This document shows positions 38,098-50,752 of a DNA stretch of 64,000 bases, in pieces. The translations under genes and the position numbers were made by a program. The number at the start of each line of letters is the position of its first letter. The stretch's first letter is position 1. A model generated the notes under the pieces. That model was not told the DNA's origin. It searched no databases and saw nothing but the letters and a program-made list of their open reading frames with translations. The stretch is from Isurus oxyrinchus (Eukaryota): NCBI GenBank assembly GCA_026770705.1, contig JANJGN010000140.1:434001-498000 (forward strand), given 5' to 3'.

Positions 38098-39344
38098 GTA
38101 AGAACCACACATTTATTTAGTAACTTTTATTTGATCTTTGCTTTACATTTTTGTCTATTTTAACAATTCATTCAGCCAATGAAACCTGGGTTTGGTGGAT
38201 TCTGTATGCAGAATTTTTACAATGTTTCATGTGATTCTGTGAAATTGAGTTATATAATTCCGCTGTGTCTTGATAACAAGTGCTGCTGATGGATTGAGAT
38301 TTTGGTCGTTGTGATTTGGTGTTTACCTGCTGAGGATACTGTGTGGCCGGGCTACTTGAAATATCTAACGTTTGTGAAAACAGTTTGACGTTTCTGCATT
38401 GTTTAATCTCGGTGACATCTAATGGCTGCGGGTTTTACCATCTGTTGCACAAGGGTTTAAATAGATTTGAAATCAAACCCAATTTTAGCAAATATGCTTA
38501 AGTTTTAATATTAATTTATTGAACATGTTCCGCCTACTCAGAATGCTGTTGACATTATTTCATATTTCTGTTTAGTTTAATTATTCATTCATTTGGTGAC
38601 GAGCGGTTGTCTGGATTCGATATTGAGATTTTCTTGCAATGTTACGATGAATTCTGTTGGAAGTGTTTGTAGAATTGAGCTGATTCTCCATGAAACGGGT
38701 TTCAGCCCCTCAGTGATGTGATTTTGGTGTATTTTCTGCTGAGGAGATTGTGTGTCTGGGTGACTTTGAACAAGTAGAATTTATGAAACGGTTTGGCGGT
38801 TCTGCATTGTTTCTGCTTTGTTTAAACTCGGTGACATTGAGCGGTTACACGTTTTGCGATTGAATTGAAGCAGCCTACGCGTTTGCATCTGCTTGAAGCG
38901 CGATTGTATGCAGAAAACAAACAGGTTTCAGAAATGGAAAAAAAGCGTTTAAAATGTGTTAGGACATTTTGTCTTTATTTTCAGTGGTAATTGCAGATTA
39001 AACTAAACCATGGATTATGACGCTCATTCAGAACATAATTCGTTACTGCAATCAGAAACTATATAATTACCAAGTTTTCAAATTGTAGAGTAAAATTAAT
39101 ACAATTCAAACAATTATAATGTGGTAATATTTCTCCATATTGACGGAACAGCTTTCATATTAACCTAATTGATCATTAATCACCTTTCACAACTCTGCTG
39201 TGCTCTGCGCGCAACTAACATGATCGGGAAAGTTTTTAGGCTGGAAACATTTTGTGATTATGGTTGAAAACATTTCAGTAAGAATATATTGACTACAAAA
39301 TTGTTCAGTTTCAAAAGAGATTTTGAATTACTTTTTTATATCCC

Positions 39345-39359
39345 TGATAACATTTGCAT
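39345..39359 (+). promoter_or_regulatory. GATA site plus perfect octamer in the J-C intron (candidate intronic enhancer)
   Basis: TGATAA (39345-39350) followed by ATTTGCAT (39352-39359), 1.25 kb 3' of JH. Confidence 0.5.
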
Positions 39360-41444
39360 TGACTTAAAGAAGAGTTTGACATTGCTGTTTGGCAATATGT
39401 CTATCCGGTTATTGCATTCTTTCTGTGCAGCCATAACCATATTATTCCTTCAATGTCATTGGGATTTGGATAGCGAGATAATTGTCACTAATCTAATTTT
39501 AAACAGTTTACGGGGGGGTGTAATTCGCTGGCAGTAAAGGAATTGTTCTTACATTTTTTGAACTGTAGGAAGGTGCAGACTGCATTTGAATAGAGATTGA
39601 CAAGTAAAAGCTTGAAATTCGAACAGGTTAATTTAATTGCAAACATTAGTATTAGTTTTGAACTTAATAACAACATCCTGTCTCCTATTGCTGTGCTGTG
39701 CACAGAATAGAATTATAGGAGAAGAACAGATTATATCTGAGATTCATGCTTAATTCTTATTAAATATTAACTTGAAGGACAAAATCTGGAATCAATTTGC
39801 CAGTTATATTTCAGTGGTGCAGATGATCTGAATGAATTGTTCTCATCAAGTTTTATACTGATCAATTTGGATCTTCGTTCAGTGAATAATATAATTAACA
39901 ATTAAATTATAGGGATTGTTATCTAGGAAGCACTTTTATTGATAATAAGTAACTGCCAGGAAGATTTGTTTACATGTAGCTTGGAGTTAAGACAAGATTA
40001 ATTCAGTAAACAGATGATATTACACCTCATCGACAGTTAATGCGATGTGACCCCGGTCAGATTTGAAAGTGTTTCAAATATTCAGCTCATAAATTCGTCA
40101 TGTGAATTGCTTGATGAGAATAGATGGAACTTATGATTTCTCAATCTGTTCAGAAACGCATAGTTTAAAATTTTGTCCGTTAAAACAGAGCAGGAGAAGT
40201 AAAAATACAATAATAAATATTGATCAGATTTAAGTAAAATTGATATACTTGCCTGAATGTTACCATCTAGTAATTTGAAGTTTATTGTTTAACATTGTTT
40301 CAGTGTAAGGTTGATTTAAATAAACTTCAATTATTTCACAAAGTACCAAGGAGAAACAAATTTTCAATCATTGAAAACTATTTTTATTATAAAGTAGAAA
40401 TCAGCTAACAAGAAAATGAATTGACAATAACAAGATAATTAACTTACAATATAATATTAGTGATAATTAATTCAACATAAATGAACTCCAACAATTAAAT
40501 AGTGTACTGGACATTATAGTGAATGCAAAATCTCAAAGGGTGGAGAGAATTTTTAATTGTATCCAAAATGAATTCAGAAAAGAATACTTTTCTTACTCAG
40601 CTGTGCTCAGCTCGATAATGTGTTTTGCCTTGATGTTTTTATTGGTTATATTTATACCTAAAATCAAAAGATATCAGTGTGTAATCGGTTTTCAATGTGA
40701 ATGTTTCCTGATTTGTTTAATTCTTACCCTGTCATTGAGTCTTTATTACGGACAACTAATTATCTTGAATCTGTAGCATTTGCTGTGCTCAATTTCAGGG
40801 TAAATTAAATCGTACATTGTTTGGAGATTTGAGTCAGACGCAGAATTAAATGGACTTCAAAGGGAGTTTTGAAATGAAAATCAGTTTAATTTGAAAGAAG
40901 TTATAGAATAATTGTAACAAGTTGACTGTTGATCAATTGGAATCAAACAGCTTGAATGAAATGGACAGATTGAACAGATCTATCTATTGGGAACTCGATT
41001 GTTGCACCGTTTGTGTCTGTTCTGTTTCTGTGTGCATGGTCACTGTGCTGGGACCAGGAATCTTCCTGGCTGGTTGTTAACCTTCTGGTTCGCTCTCCTG
41101 TATTTCAGGAAGTGCAGTTCGATTTATTTCTTCACAAAACTTGTATTTGTGAGAAATATGAAAGTTTGATTTTTGACCAGGCGCCTCAGAAATGAGATGC
41201 CCAACCCATTGTGACAGTCAGAAAGGACAGTTCAGAAATGACAGACAGACTGTCGAAGGAGATTTGGTCGATTTTAAGCCAGTGATGTTTCTGTCTTGGG
41301 AGTGATCGGTTAGGCAATGCAGAGAGAGTTTTATCCTATGTTATTCTGTGCTGTCGCAGTCCTTGACCTATTTGATTAGACAATGCAGAGGAAGAAATTA
41401 CTCTGTATCTTATTTTTAATCCTATCATAGGATGTTGGGGTCGC

Positions 41445-42010
41445 TGGCAAGGCCAGCATTTGTTGCTCATCCTAATTGCCCATCCTTAGAAGTGTTGAAC
41501 TGCCGCCTCCTTGAATAGCTGCATGTTCACTCACAGTGCTGTTAGGTCGGGAGTTCCAGGATTTTGACCCACTGACAGTGAAGGAACGGCGATATAGTTC
41601 CAAGTCAGGATGTTCAGTGTCTTGGAGGGGAACATACAGGTGGCGGTGTTTCAAGCACCTGCTGCCCTTGTCCTTCTAGTTAGGAGAGGTTGCGGGTTTT
41701 GAAGGAGTCTTGGCAAGTTGCTGCAGTGCATCTTGTATATGGCACACACTGCTGTCACTGTGCATTGGTGGTGGAAGGAGGGAATGTTTAAGGTAGTGGA
41801 TGAGGTACCAATTCTGTGGGCTGCTTTGTCCTGGATAGTATGGAGTTTCTTGGGGTTTTTTGAAGTTTCACACATTGAAGCAAACGGAAACTATTCAATC
41901 CCAGTCCTGACTTGAGCCTTGTAGATGGTCAGTTTTCTTTGGGCGATAAGAGTTGAATTACTTGCCACAGAATTCCCAGCCTCTGACCGGCTCCTGCAGC
42001 ACAGCACTTA
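41445..42010 (-). mobile_element. L2/CR1-group LINE 3' end (same family as 28900-29420)
   Basis: ORF 41651-41875 KKLHTIQDKAAHRIG...AVCAIYKMHCSNLPRLL; tail shared with the SINE. Confidence 0.8.
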
Positions 42011-42759
42011 TATCAAAACCGGATTGAACCCTCTCCTGGGCATATTTGATGGAACAATGTAGAGAGAGTTTTATTTTATGTCAAACCAGTGCTGTATCTG
42101 ACCCGGAGTGTTTGACAATTCAGTGGAGAGTTGGCTTTCTGTTGAATCCCACCCTTGCAGCTGATGACAGGAGTGTACTGGGGGAGGAGTGGGGAATTTA
42201 ATTCATATCTTAACGTGTCCTGTTCTTGACCTGGGAGTCTTCTCCCTGCAGAGGTCAAACAAACTGAATCAGCACTGAACTAACTGGCCGTGGGTTTTCG
42301 AGCAAGATCTGTGAAAATAAATTGTTCCATTGCTCGGTTGAAATGACACACGTTAACTGTTTTTAACAATATTTCTGCAGAGAACATGTAGACAATTTTA
42401 ATGAATTAATTATGTTTAAGCATTTTGAGTATCAGAAAATCATTGAATGTGAGTGACCTGAACTTGAGCACAACTTCAGAACAAACAGAATCAGGGAGTG
42501 ACAGTGAGGCTCCAGAGAGCAGTGCCTGTTCTGATCTGATCAGAGTTATTTAAACGATTGAAATGGACAAATACCAGACTCCCGCTACAAATAACCAGCT
42601 GCGGGGGATTTGGGAAAAGGAGCCACCATCAAAAACTGAGCCACTGGATTGCCACCTGCCGGGAGAGGAATGAATTACAGAAATGAGAGCATGAGGAGGA
42701 CATTCAACCCTTCGATCCTGCCCCCCATTCAGCAAGATCGTGGCTGATCTACCTCAACA

Positions 42760-43215
42760 CACTCAGTCTCTTTACCACACACCCTCATTCGCTCACTCTT
42801 TCTGTCACACACGCTCTCTCTCACACAGTGCACATACATTCTCTCATGCACTCTCTCTGACAGACACACACTCTTTCTCTCTCTGTCACACACACACTCA
42901 CATTCACTCTCTCCCACACAAACTCCCTTTAACACGTGCACACTATCTCCTACACACATACATGCACTCTTTCTTTCTCACACCTGCACTCTCACACATG
43001 CATTCTCTCTCTCTCTCACACAAACACATGCACACACTCTCTTTCTTTTACACACACCCACTCTATATCTCACATACATGCACCCTCTCTGCCACACGCA
43101 CATAAATACTTTCAAGTCTCCCCCTCTGTCACACACAGACACATAACACTGTGTCTCACACACACACACATCCTCATTCTCTCTCTCTGACGCACACAGA
43201 AACACATTCACATTC

Positions 43216-43251
<36 letters not shown>

Positions 43252-43494
43252 TTCCTCTCACACACGCACTCGCTCTCATTCTTTCACTCTCTCACGCACA
43301 CACACTCTCTCTCTGACACACACACTGGTTTTCTCTTTCACACACTCTTTCTCTCTCTCACACAAACTCTCTCTCACGTACTTATACTACATATACTACA
43401 TATCACTCACACCCCCACACACACTCTCACACATACACAAACACATTCACTTTCTCTCTCACAAACACGTGCTCTCTCTCAAACACTCTCACGC
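42760..43494. repeat. Compound (CA)n/(CT)n microsatellite
   Basis: Seen directly; runs into the assembly gap. Confidence 0.92.
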
Positions 43495-43666
43495 NNNNNN
43501 NNNNNNNNNNNNNNNNNNNNNNNNNNNNNNNNNNNNNNNNNNNNNNNNNNNNNNNNNNNNNNNNNNNNNNNNNNNNNNNNNNNNNNNNNNNNNNNNNNNN
43601 NNNNNNNNNNNNNNNNNNNNNNNNNNNNNNNNNNNNNNNNNNNNNNNNNNNNNNNNNNNNNNNNNN
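43495..43666. other. Assembly gap (172 N) inside the J-C intron
   Basis: Run of n. Confidence 1.
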
Positions 43667-44244
43667 AAGTGGGCTGAAAATGTTAATTTCAGAAAGAAGA
43701 TCCTTTAAGCTGCAGGCATGTTCATTGTTCCATTTCTGATGCCTTTTTGGGTAAAATGAAATTACACAGGTGACATCACTATATATGTGGAGAATTTCCA
43801 AGTGTTGAACCAAACACAAAGAAACAAGAAAAGTGGAGGGATGTGACTGAGACCACGGCCGCCTGGATCCCCAATACTGGTGCACACTTGGTGCAAGATG
43901 CCTGCACGGCCCTTCCTGGTTTTGCTGTAACCTTCCCCTCCAGCTCCCTCAGTCTGCCTATTCGCGCACTGACACGGGTTTCTTAAAGAAAGGCATCGGC
44001 ATTAAAGCAGCTGGCCAGTGATCTACACTGCTGCCTGACTTTACACAGCCAGTGTTACTGAAAGCTGGTCAATACGGAGAATCAGGACAGGATCAATGGA
44101 GAGGAAGAGGAGGAGGTGGAGGTGGTGGAGCCGAATGGAGGAGCCCCCAGCTCGGCTGTGGACAACAGGCAATGGAAAGCTGAGCCGGAGCAGAAAATCA
44201 TCCGGAGAAACATCGCCTTGATGAGCCTGCAGCACCTGGGCACC

Positions 44245-44950
44245 CTCACTACCCACAATCACTCACCCTCACCTCACTAACTCACTCACCCTCACTCACA
44301 CTCACTCACACTCACTCAATCACCCTCACTCACCCTCACTCACCCTCACTCACACTCATCACTCACTCACCCTCACTCACACTCACTCAATCACCCTCAC
44401 TCACCCACCCTCACTCACTCATCACTCACTCACCCTCACTCACACTCACTCAATCACCCTCACTCACCCACACTCATTCACTCACCGTCACTCAATCTCA
44501 CTCCTTCACCCACCCTCACTCACCCTCACCCACTCACCCAGCTTCACACACCCTCATTCACTCACCATCAATTACTTTAACCTTCACTCACTCACCCTCA
44601 CTCACTCATCTTCACTCACCCTCCCGTCCTCACTCACCTACCTTCACTGACACTCAATATCTCATCCACCCACCCTCACACACCCACTCACCCTCACTCA
44701 CATACCCACCCTCACATATCCACCAACCCTCACTCAGCCACTCAGCTACTCTCATTCAATCACCCACCCTCACACTCACTCATCCATTCTCACTCACCCA
44801 CATTCAGACACCTACCTACGCCCACTCACCACCACCCTCACTCACACCTTCACTCACCCATGCACCCTCACTCACTCAGACACCCACCCTTGCTCTGTCA
44901 CTCAGCCACCCTCACTTTGTCAATCATGCACGCGCTCACTCACTCAATCA
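44245..44950. repeat. C-rich CACT/CACC low-complexity repeat
   Basis: ctcactcaccctcactcac runs. Confidence 0.9.
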
Positions 44951-45089
44951 CTTTTCATAAATTGGTGTGTGGGAGGGCGGGAACTGCGGGAAAGAGAGAC
45001 CTGCATGCGGGGCCTGAGGCCTAGTAGTGCCAGAAAGTGGAGCATGGCTGAAGGGAGCGACGAGCTTCGTTGGAAAGCACAGAGAGCCT

Positions 45090-46530
45090 GGGGGAAAGGG
45101 CAGGGAGGTGGGGGAAATGGCAGAGAGCCGGGGAGGGTTGCGGGTGAAGGGTAGAGAGTCCGGGAAAAGGGCAGGGATCCAGCAGAAAATGCATTGGGAT
45201 GGGGCAAAGGTCAGCAAGCCAGTGAAAGGGCAGAGAGGTGGGGGGGTGGGAAAGGGCAGTGACCGGGCAGAGAAGCGGGAGATGGTATGGGCAGAGATGC
45301 GAGGGGAAATGGCAGAGAGGTGGCAGGTGGAACGGGCAGGAAGGTGGGTGGTGGAAAGGGCAGAGAGGCGGGGGGAAAGGGCAGAGAGGCGGGAGGGGGA
45401 AAAGGCAGAGAAGAGGGAGGGGCAAAGGGCAGAGAGGCGGGGGGAAAGGGCAGAGAGGCGGGTGAGGGACAGGGCAGAGAGGTGGGAGAGGGACAGGGTA
45501 GAGAGGAGGGAGGGCAGAAAGGCGGTAGGGGGAAAGGACCAAGAGGTGAGTGGGGAAAAGGGCAGAGAGGCGGGGGGGAAGGGCAGAGAGGTGGGGGGTA
45601 ACGGCAGAGAGGCAGGTAGGGGAAAGGGCAGAGAGGCAGGAGGGGGAAAGGGCATAGAGGAGGCAGGGTAGAGAGGCAGAGGGGGGAAGGACAGAGAGGA
45701 GGGTGGTTAGAGAGGAAGAGGGGGAAAGGGCAGAGAGGAGGGGGGAAGGGCATAGAGACAGAGGGGGGAAAGTGCAGAGAGGTGGGGGAAAGGGCAGAGA
45801 GGAGAGGGGGTAAAGGCAGAGAGGTGGGGGGTAAGGGCAGAGAGGCGGGATGGAGAAAGGGCCGAGAGGTGGGAGGGGGAAGAGCAGAGAGCTGGCTGGG
45901 GGAAAGGACAGAGAGACGGGTGGGGGACAGGGTAGAGAGGCGGGAGGGGGCAGGTGCAGGGAGAAGGCAGAGCAGAGAGGCAGAGGGGGGAAGGACAGAG
46001 AGGAGGGTGGGCAGAGAGTCGGAGGGGGAAAGGGCATAGAGGCGGGGGGTAAGAGTGGAGCGGCAGAGAGGGAAGGGCAGAGAGGTGACGGAAAGGGCAG
46101 AGAGTCGATGGGAAGGACAGTGAGCTGGGGAAAGGGCAGAGAGGTGGGGGATAAGGGCAGAGAGGCAGGGGGTAAGGGCAGAGATGCAGTAGGGGGAAAG
46201 GGCAGAGAGATGGGTGGCGGAAAGGGCAGGGAGGCGGGAGAGCGGAGAGGCAGAGGGGGGAGCGGACAGAGAGGTGGAAGGCGGAAAAGAGCTGAGGGGG
46301 AAAGGTCAGCGAGCCAGGGGATAGGTCAGTGAGCCAATGGAATGGGTCAGAGAGCTGGGCAAAAGCGAATAGAGCCGTGGAGTAAGTGCAGAGAGCTGAG
46401 GACAAAGGGCAGAGAGCTTGGGGAGGAAGGGCAGAGAGGCGGGGGAGAAAGGGCAGAGAGGTGGAGGGGAAAGAACAGAGAGGCGGAGGGTGGGGGAAGG
46501 GCTGAGAGCCAGTCTATAGTGGGGAGAGCT
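45090..46530 (+). repeat. G-rich ~20-22-bp purine minisatellite in the J-Cmu intron
   Basis: Dozens of GGGGGAAAGGGCAGAGAGGC/T-like units on the sense strand. Confidence 0.92.
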
Positions 46531-46659
46531 GGGCAAAAGCAGTTGCGAGTGGAGGCACCAGATACCCTGGGCTCCACTCTCTCTTACTCTCTCTCTATCT
46601 CTCCCTCATTGTCTCTCCCCCTCCTGAAATCCTTTCCGTTCCCGGGGAAAGGCTCTCAT

Positions 46660-48055
46660 CTGCAGGCCAGTTAGCTTAACATCTGTCCGAGCGAAAATGC
46701 TGGAATCGATTATTCAGGAATCTATCACGGGTCACTTAGAAAATTCAAATGCAATTATGCAAACCCATCATGATTTTGTGAAAGGGAAATCATGTTTGGC
46801 TGACTTATTTGAGGTCCTTCGAGGAAGTAACAAAGAGCATGAATAAAGGAGAACCTGTGGGTGTGCTGCCCTTGGGCTACCAGAAGGCATTTGACAAAGT
46901 GGCACATCAAAGGTTACTGCACAAAATAATGGTGTCAGCAGTAACATTTCAGCATGAGTAGAAGTTTGGTTAGCTAACAGGAAACGGCAGGGATAAATTG
47001 GTTATTTTAGGTTGGCAAGATGTGACAAATGGAGTTCCACAGAGATCATTGCCGCAGCCTCAACTATTTACAATTTATATCAATGACTTGAATGAAAGGA
47101 CTGAATGAATTTGCTAAATTTGCTGATGACACAAAGACAGATAGGGAAGTAAATGGTGAAGAGGGGATAAAGGGTCAGCAAAGGGATATCAACAGGTTAA
47201 GTGAGTGGGCAAAAAATGACAGATGGAGTATAATGTGGGAAAATATAAACTTGTCCACTTTGGCAGGAAGAATATAAAAGCAGCATATTATTGAAAGGAA
47301 GAGAGACTGCAGAACCCTGAGATACAGAGAAATGTGGATCCCTTGGTGTATGAATCACAAAATGTTATAATACAGGAACAGCTAGTGATGAGGAAGGCAA
47401 AGGGAGTGTTGGCATTTATCACAAGGGGAACAGAATATAAATGGAAGGATATTATGTTACAGTTTAACAGAGTGTCGATGAGACCTCGTCTGAATTACTG
47501 TGTACAGATTTGGTCTCATTTAAGAAAGGATATAAAAGCATTAGAAGTTGTTCAGAGAATGTTAATTCAAATGATACTGGGAGGTGTCGTCGGTTATCTT
47601 ATGTGGAAATTTGGATAGGCTGGGCCTGTATCTATTGGAGTTTAGAAGAATGAGAGCTGACTTTATTGAAACATGTAAGATCCTGAGGGAAATTGACAGG
47701 GTGGATGCTGAAAGGATGTTTCCTCTTGTGAGAGAGACTAACGATAGGGAACACGGTTTAAAAATAAGAGGTCTCCCATTTCAGACGGAAATGAGGGGAT
47801 TTTATTTTTCTCTCAAAGAGTCATGAAACTTTGGAACTCTCTTCCCCAGAGAGGGATGGAGGAGGAGTCATTAAAATTTCAAGGCAGAGGTAGAGAGATT
47901 CTTCATTAACAAGGGAGTCAAAGGTTAGCGGAGATTAGGCGGGAACGTGGAGTTAACGTCACAATCATATCAGCTATGACCGGAGTGAATGGTGGAGGAG
48001 GCCCCAGAGGCCGAATGGCCTACTCCAGCTACTGATCCGCATGTTCACATGTTCA
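46660..48055 (+). mobile_element. CR1 LINE fragment (RT domain to 3' tail)
   Basis: KFADDTK (ORF 47092-47277), LEFRRMRADFIETCKIL (ORF 47584-47826). Confidence 0.9.
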
Positions 48056-48606
48056 TACAATTGGAAACTGTCATACTTACTGTAACTGGTATTCAGTTTA
48101 GAGTTCTATGGTCATTATATAGTTACCGTTACAAAGGTATTTTCGAAGGGCCGTTGATATTTTTTGTTTTGGGAGGACGTGGAGAGGGGAGGGGGCATCA
48201 GTCAATTTGAACAGAGCTAATTTCCAAAACTGCAATGATATAAATGACGAGAGAATTTCTCTCTCACTAAGTGCTGTTGATTGAGAAATAAATGGTGGTG
48301 AAATAATGGGGAAGATGCTCTGCTCTTCCGTTTTAATCCAATGAAAGGTACGTCATTCAGATGACCCAAAATGTTCTCTTTTAGTAATGGGATAGAGGCG
48401 GGAAAAGAAGTGTGGGTTTCTAAAGAGGGAACCGACAAGTGAGGGTCACCAAATGATGGAAATAATAAATGATCAAATGTGGATGTGGGTTTTAGTTGGA
48501 ATATATTAGGATATATTTATAGTTATTGTCAATTTTTGAGTTGTATGGTTACTTAATGATCACAAATCACAGAGTCTAACTTGTTCAATCGGCCATTATT
48601 TCCCAG

Positions 48607-48906
48607 CGACACCGTCTTCGCCCACTCTCTACAGCCTGGTCTCCTCCTGTCAGCAACACAACACCGATGGCTCCGTCACCTACGGCTGTTTGGCGATGGA
48701 TTACTCCCCAGAAATCATCAGCTTGACCTGGAAGAAAGATGGGCAGCAGATCCCCACTGGATTTAAGACTTACCCGTCAGTGAGAAACCAGAAGGGAACC
48801 TACACCCTGAGCAGCCAGTTAACCATCACCGAATCAGAGGGGGAATGCAGCAAAATCAAGTGTGAGGTTCGACACAGCGGCTCAGACAAGAGCATTGAAA
48901 TGCATT
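48607..48906 (+). CDS. IGHM: IgM constant exon Cmu1
   Basis: Acceptor TTTCCCAG|; (A)[45 protein letters not shown]...[36 protein letters not shown]; donor T|GTAAGT; 300 bp, phase 1/1. Confidence 0.97.
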
Positions 48907-49118
48907 GTAAGTGTTGGGGAACCTGTGAGAAACAGAGGCTGGGAATGACCTGTATAGGGCCTTGGTTATAATACATTTATAGTGCTTTGCATAGATTTGC
49001 TCCCTGCAAATTCTCGGTTAGTGTCTATTAACGGAAAAGAACCTATAAAAATGTAGGAATTAATTGTATCTGTTATCAATTTATTCTGCAAGAAATGTTT
49101 AACCTGTATTTTCTGAAG

Positions 49119-49433
49119 GTCCTCCTGACATCTTCTCTCCAACTGTTCTCCTCACCGTGAGTTCCCGGGAAGAAATCACAATGAACAAATTTGCAATCGC
49201 CGTGTGTTCAATCATCGATTTCCGTCCGAAGCCAATCACCGTGAAGTGGCTGAAGAATGGACAATCCATGGATTCAGGAATTGTCACCTCTCCCGCCTTT
49301 GAAGTGAATGGGAACTTCTCGGCGACCAGTCGGCTGAAAGTCTCCGCTGGGGAATGGTTCACCGACGCGGTCTATACCTGTCAGGTCACTCACCAAGGGG
49401 TCACCCGAAGTCGAAACGCCACCAAGTGTGAGG
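49119..49433 (+). CDS. IGHM: IgM constant exon Cmu2
   Basis: (C)[47 protein letters not shown]...[28 protein letters not shown]; donor G|GTAAGA; 315 bp. Confidence 0.96.
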
Positions 49434-50054
49434 GTAAGAAATACAAACCGAGGAAGCAATAGATCATTCTGCTCTCTGATGTTAATCAAATGAGGAATTT
49501 ATTGGTGTTAGTAGAAAGCACGGAACAACTTCCAATTTACTATCATGTAGTCAGTATTTAATTCCGACGTAATGGCTGCATTCGGTTTGTTCACCATTCA
49601 GGATTTTATCACATCACGTCTCTGCATTGACGTCACAGAGTGAGTGAGGTGGAGTTGACATCAGCTTTACCCTGAGTCAGCTGATCATATTTGGAGAGGC
49701 AGGTGTCTGGAACCCTTCACTGGTAACAGCTTCAAGATAGAGTGTTGGAAAGTGCATCCACCCTATTTATAAAACAGCTTTCAGTACTGCGTTCCAGGGC
49801 CCAGCAATAATGTATTTGTATTGGGACTGGGGCAACGCAGATTCATCAGAATGTTACCGGGGCTAAACGTCTTAAATTATGAGAACGATTTAAACAGACC
49901 AAACTGGTTTTCCATTGTGTAAAGAAGATTTAAGACGATAGTTAGAGGTTGATATGTCCAAGGTGATTTATTCTCCTTTAGAGAATGAAGACTGAACGCT
50001 GCTGTCCTCATTCTGAAGGTGAAACTTTGGTTGATATTAATTTCTGTCTCACAG

Positions 50055-50366
50055 GTGATCACCACTGCCACAACGATCCCACAATTACTCTATTGCCACC
50101 GCCAATTGAACAGGTCTTACTGGAGGCGACCGTGACCTTAACCTGCATCATTTCTAATGCTCCTTATGGAGTCCTCGTGTCCTGGACACAAGAGAAGAAG
50201 CCTTTGAAATCAGAGATCGCCATCCAACCGGGAGAAGATCCCGACAGCGTGGTCAGCAACGTAAACATCTCGACACAAGCCTGGCTGAGTGGGGCTGAGT
50301 TCTACTGCGTGGTGAGCCATCAGGATCTGCCAACTCCTTTAAGGAGTTCCATCCACAAGGAACAAG
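50055..50366 (+). CDS. IGHM: IgM constant exon Cmu3
   Basis: Acceptor CTCACAG|; (G)[43 protein letters not shown]...[29 protein letters not shown]; donor G|GTGAGC; 312 bp. Confidence 0.97.
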
Positions 50367-50752
50367 GTGAGCGGTGAGATTGAAGCAATAAGTGGTTCAA
50401 TGAATCTATTTCCAGTGTAAGTGTAAGGATCAATATTTACTATTCAGTGTACTCATGGTCTACTCTGATGAGCAATTTCGCCAACTAAACGCCCTGGGCA
50501 TGTGGACTTTCAAGGGGAAATTGATAAGTAGATGAATGAACGATGAATTGAAGGTTGTGCCATTGGTTTTAGATGAAGCAAGATGGGAGGATCCTGGTGC
50601 GAAGCTGTAACACCAACATAGACCAGCTGGGCAGAATGGCCTGTTTCTGTGCTGTAAACTTTGAGAAACTTTCTCGTCCAACCCCATAAGTTCTCCATGA
50701 AAAGGATTGTGCCACCTCTGCTCCGAGCTGGAAAGCCGGACAGATCCCAAAG

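Noticed and set aside
42729-43885. His/Thr-rich and Cys/Val-rich ORFs (also at 7414-7812 and 52709-53515)
   Set aside because: (CA)n/(CT)n microsatellite artefacts; two run through the N gap.
44948-46405. Long Pro-rich or Gly/Arg/Glu-rich ORFs (up to 338 aa)
   Set aside because: Translations of the low-complexity G-rich minisatellite, open in several frames on both strands.
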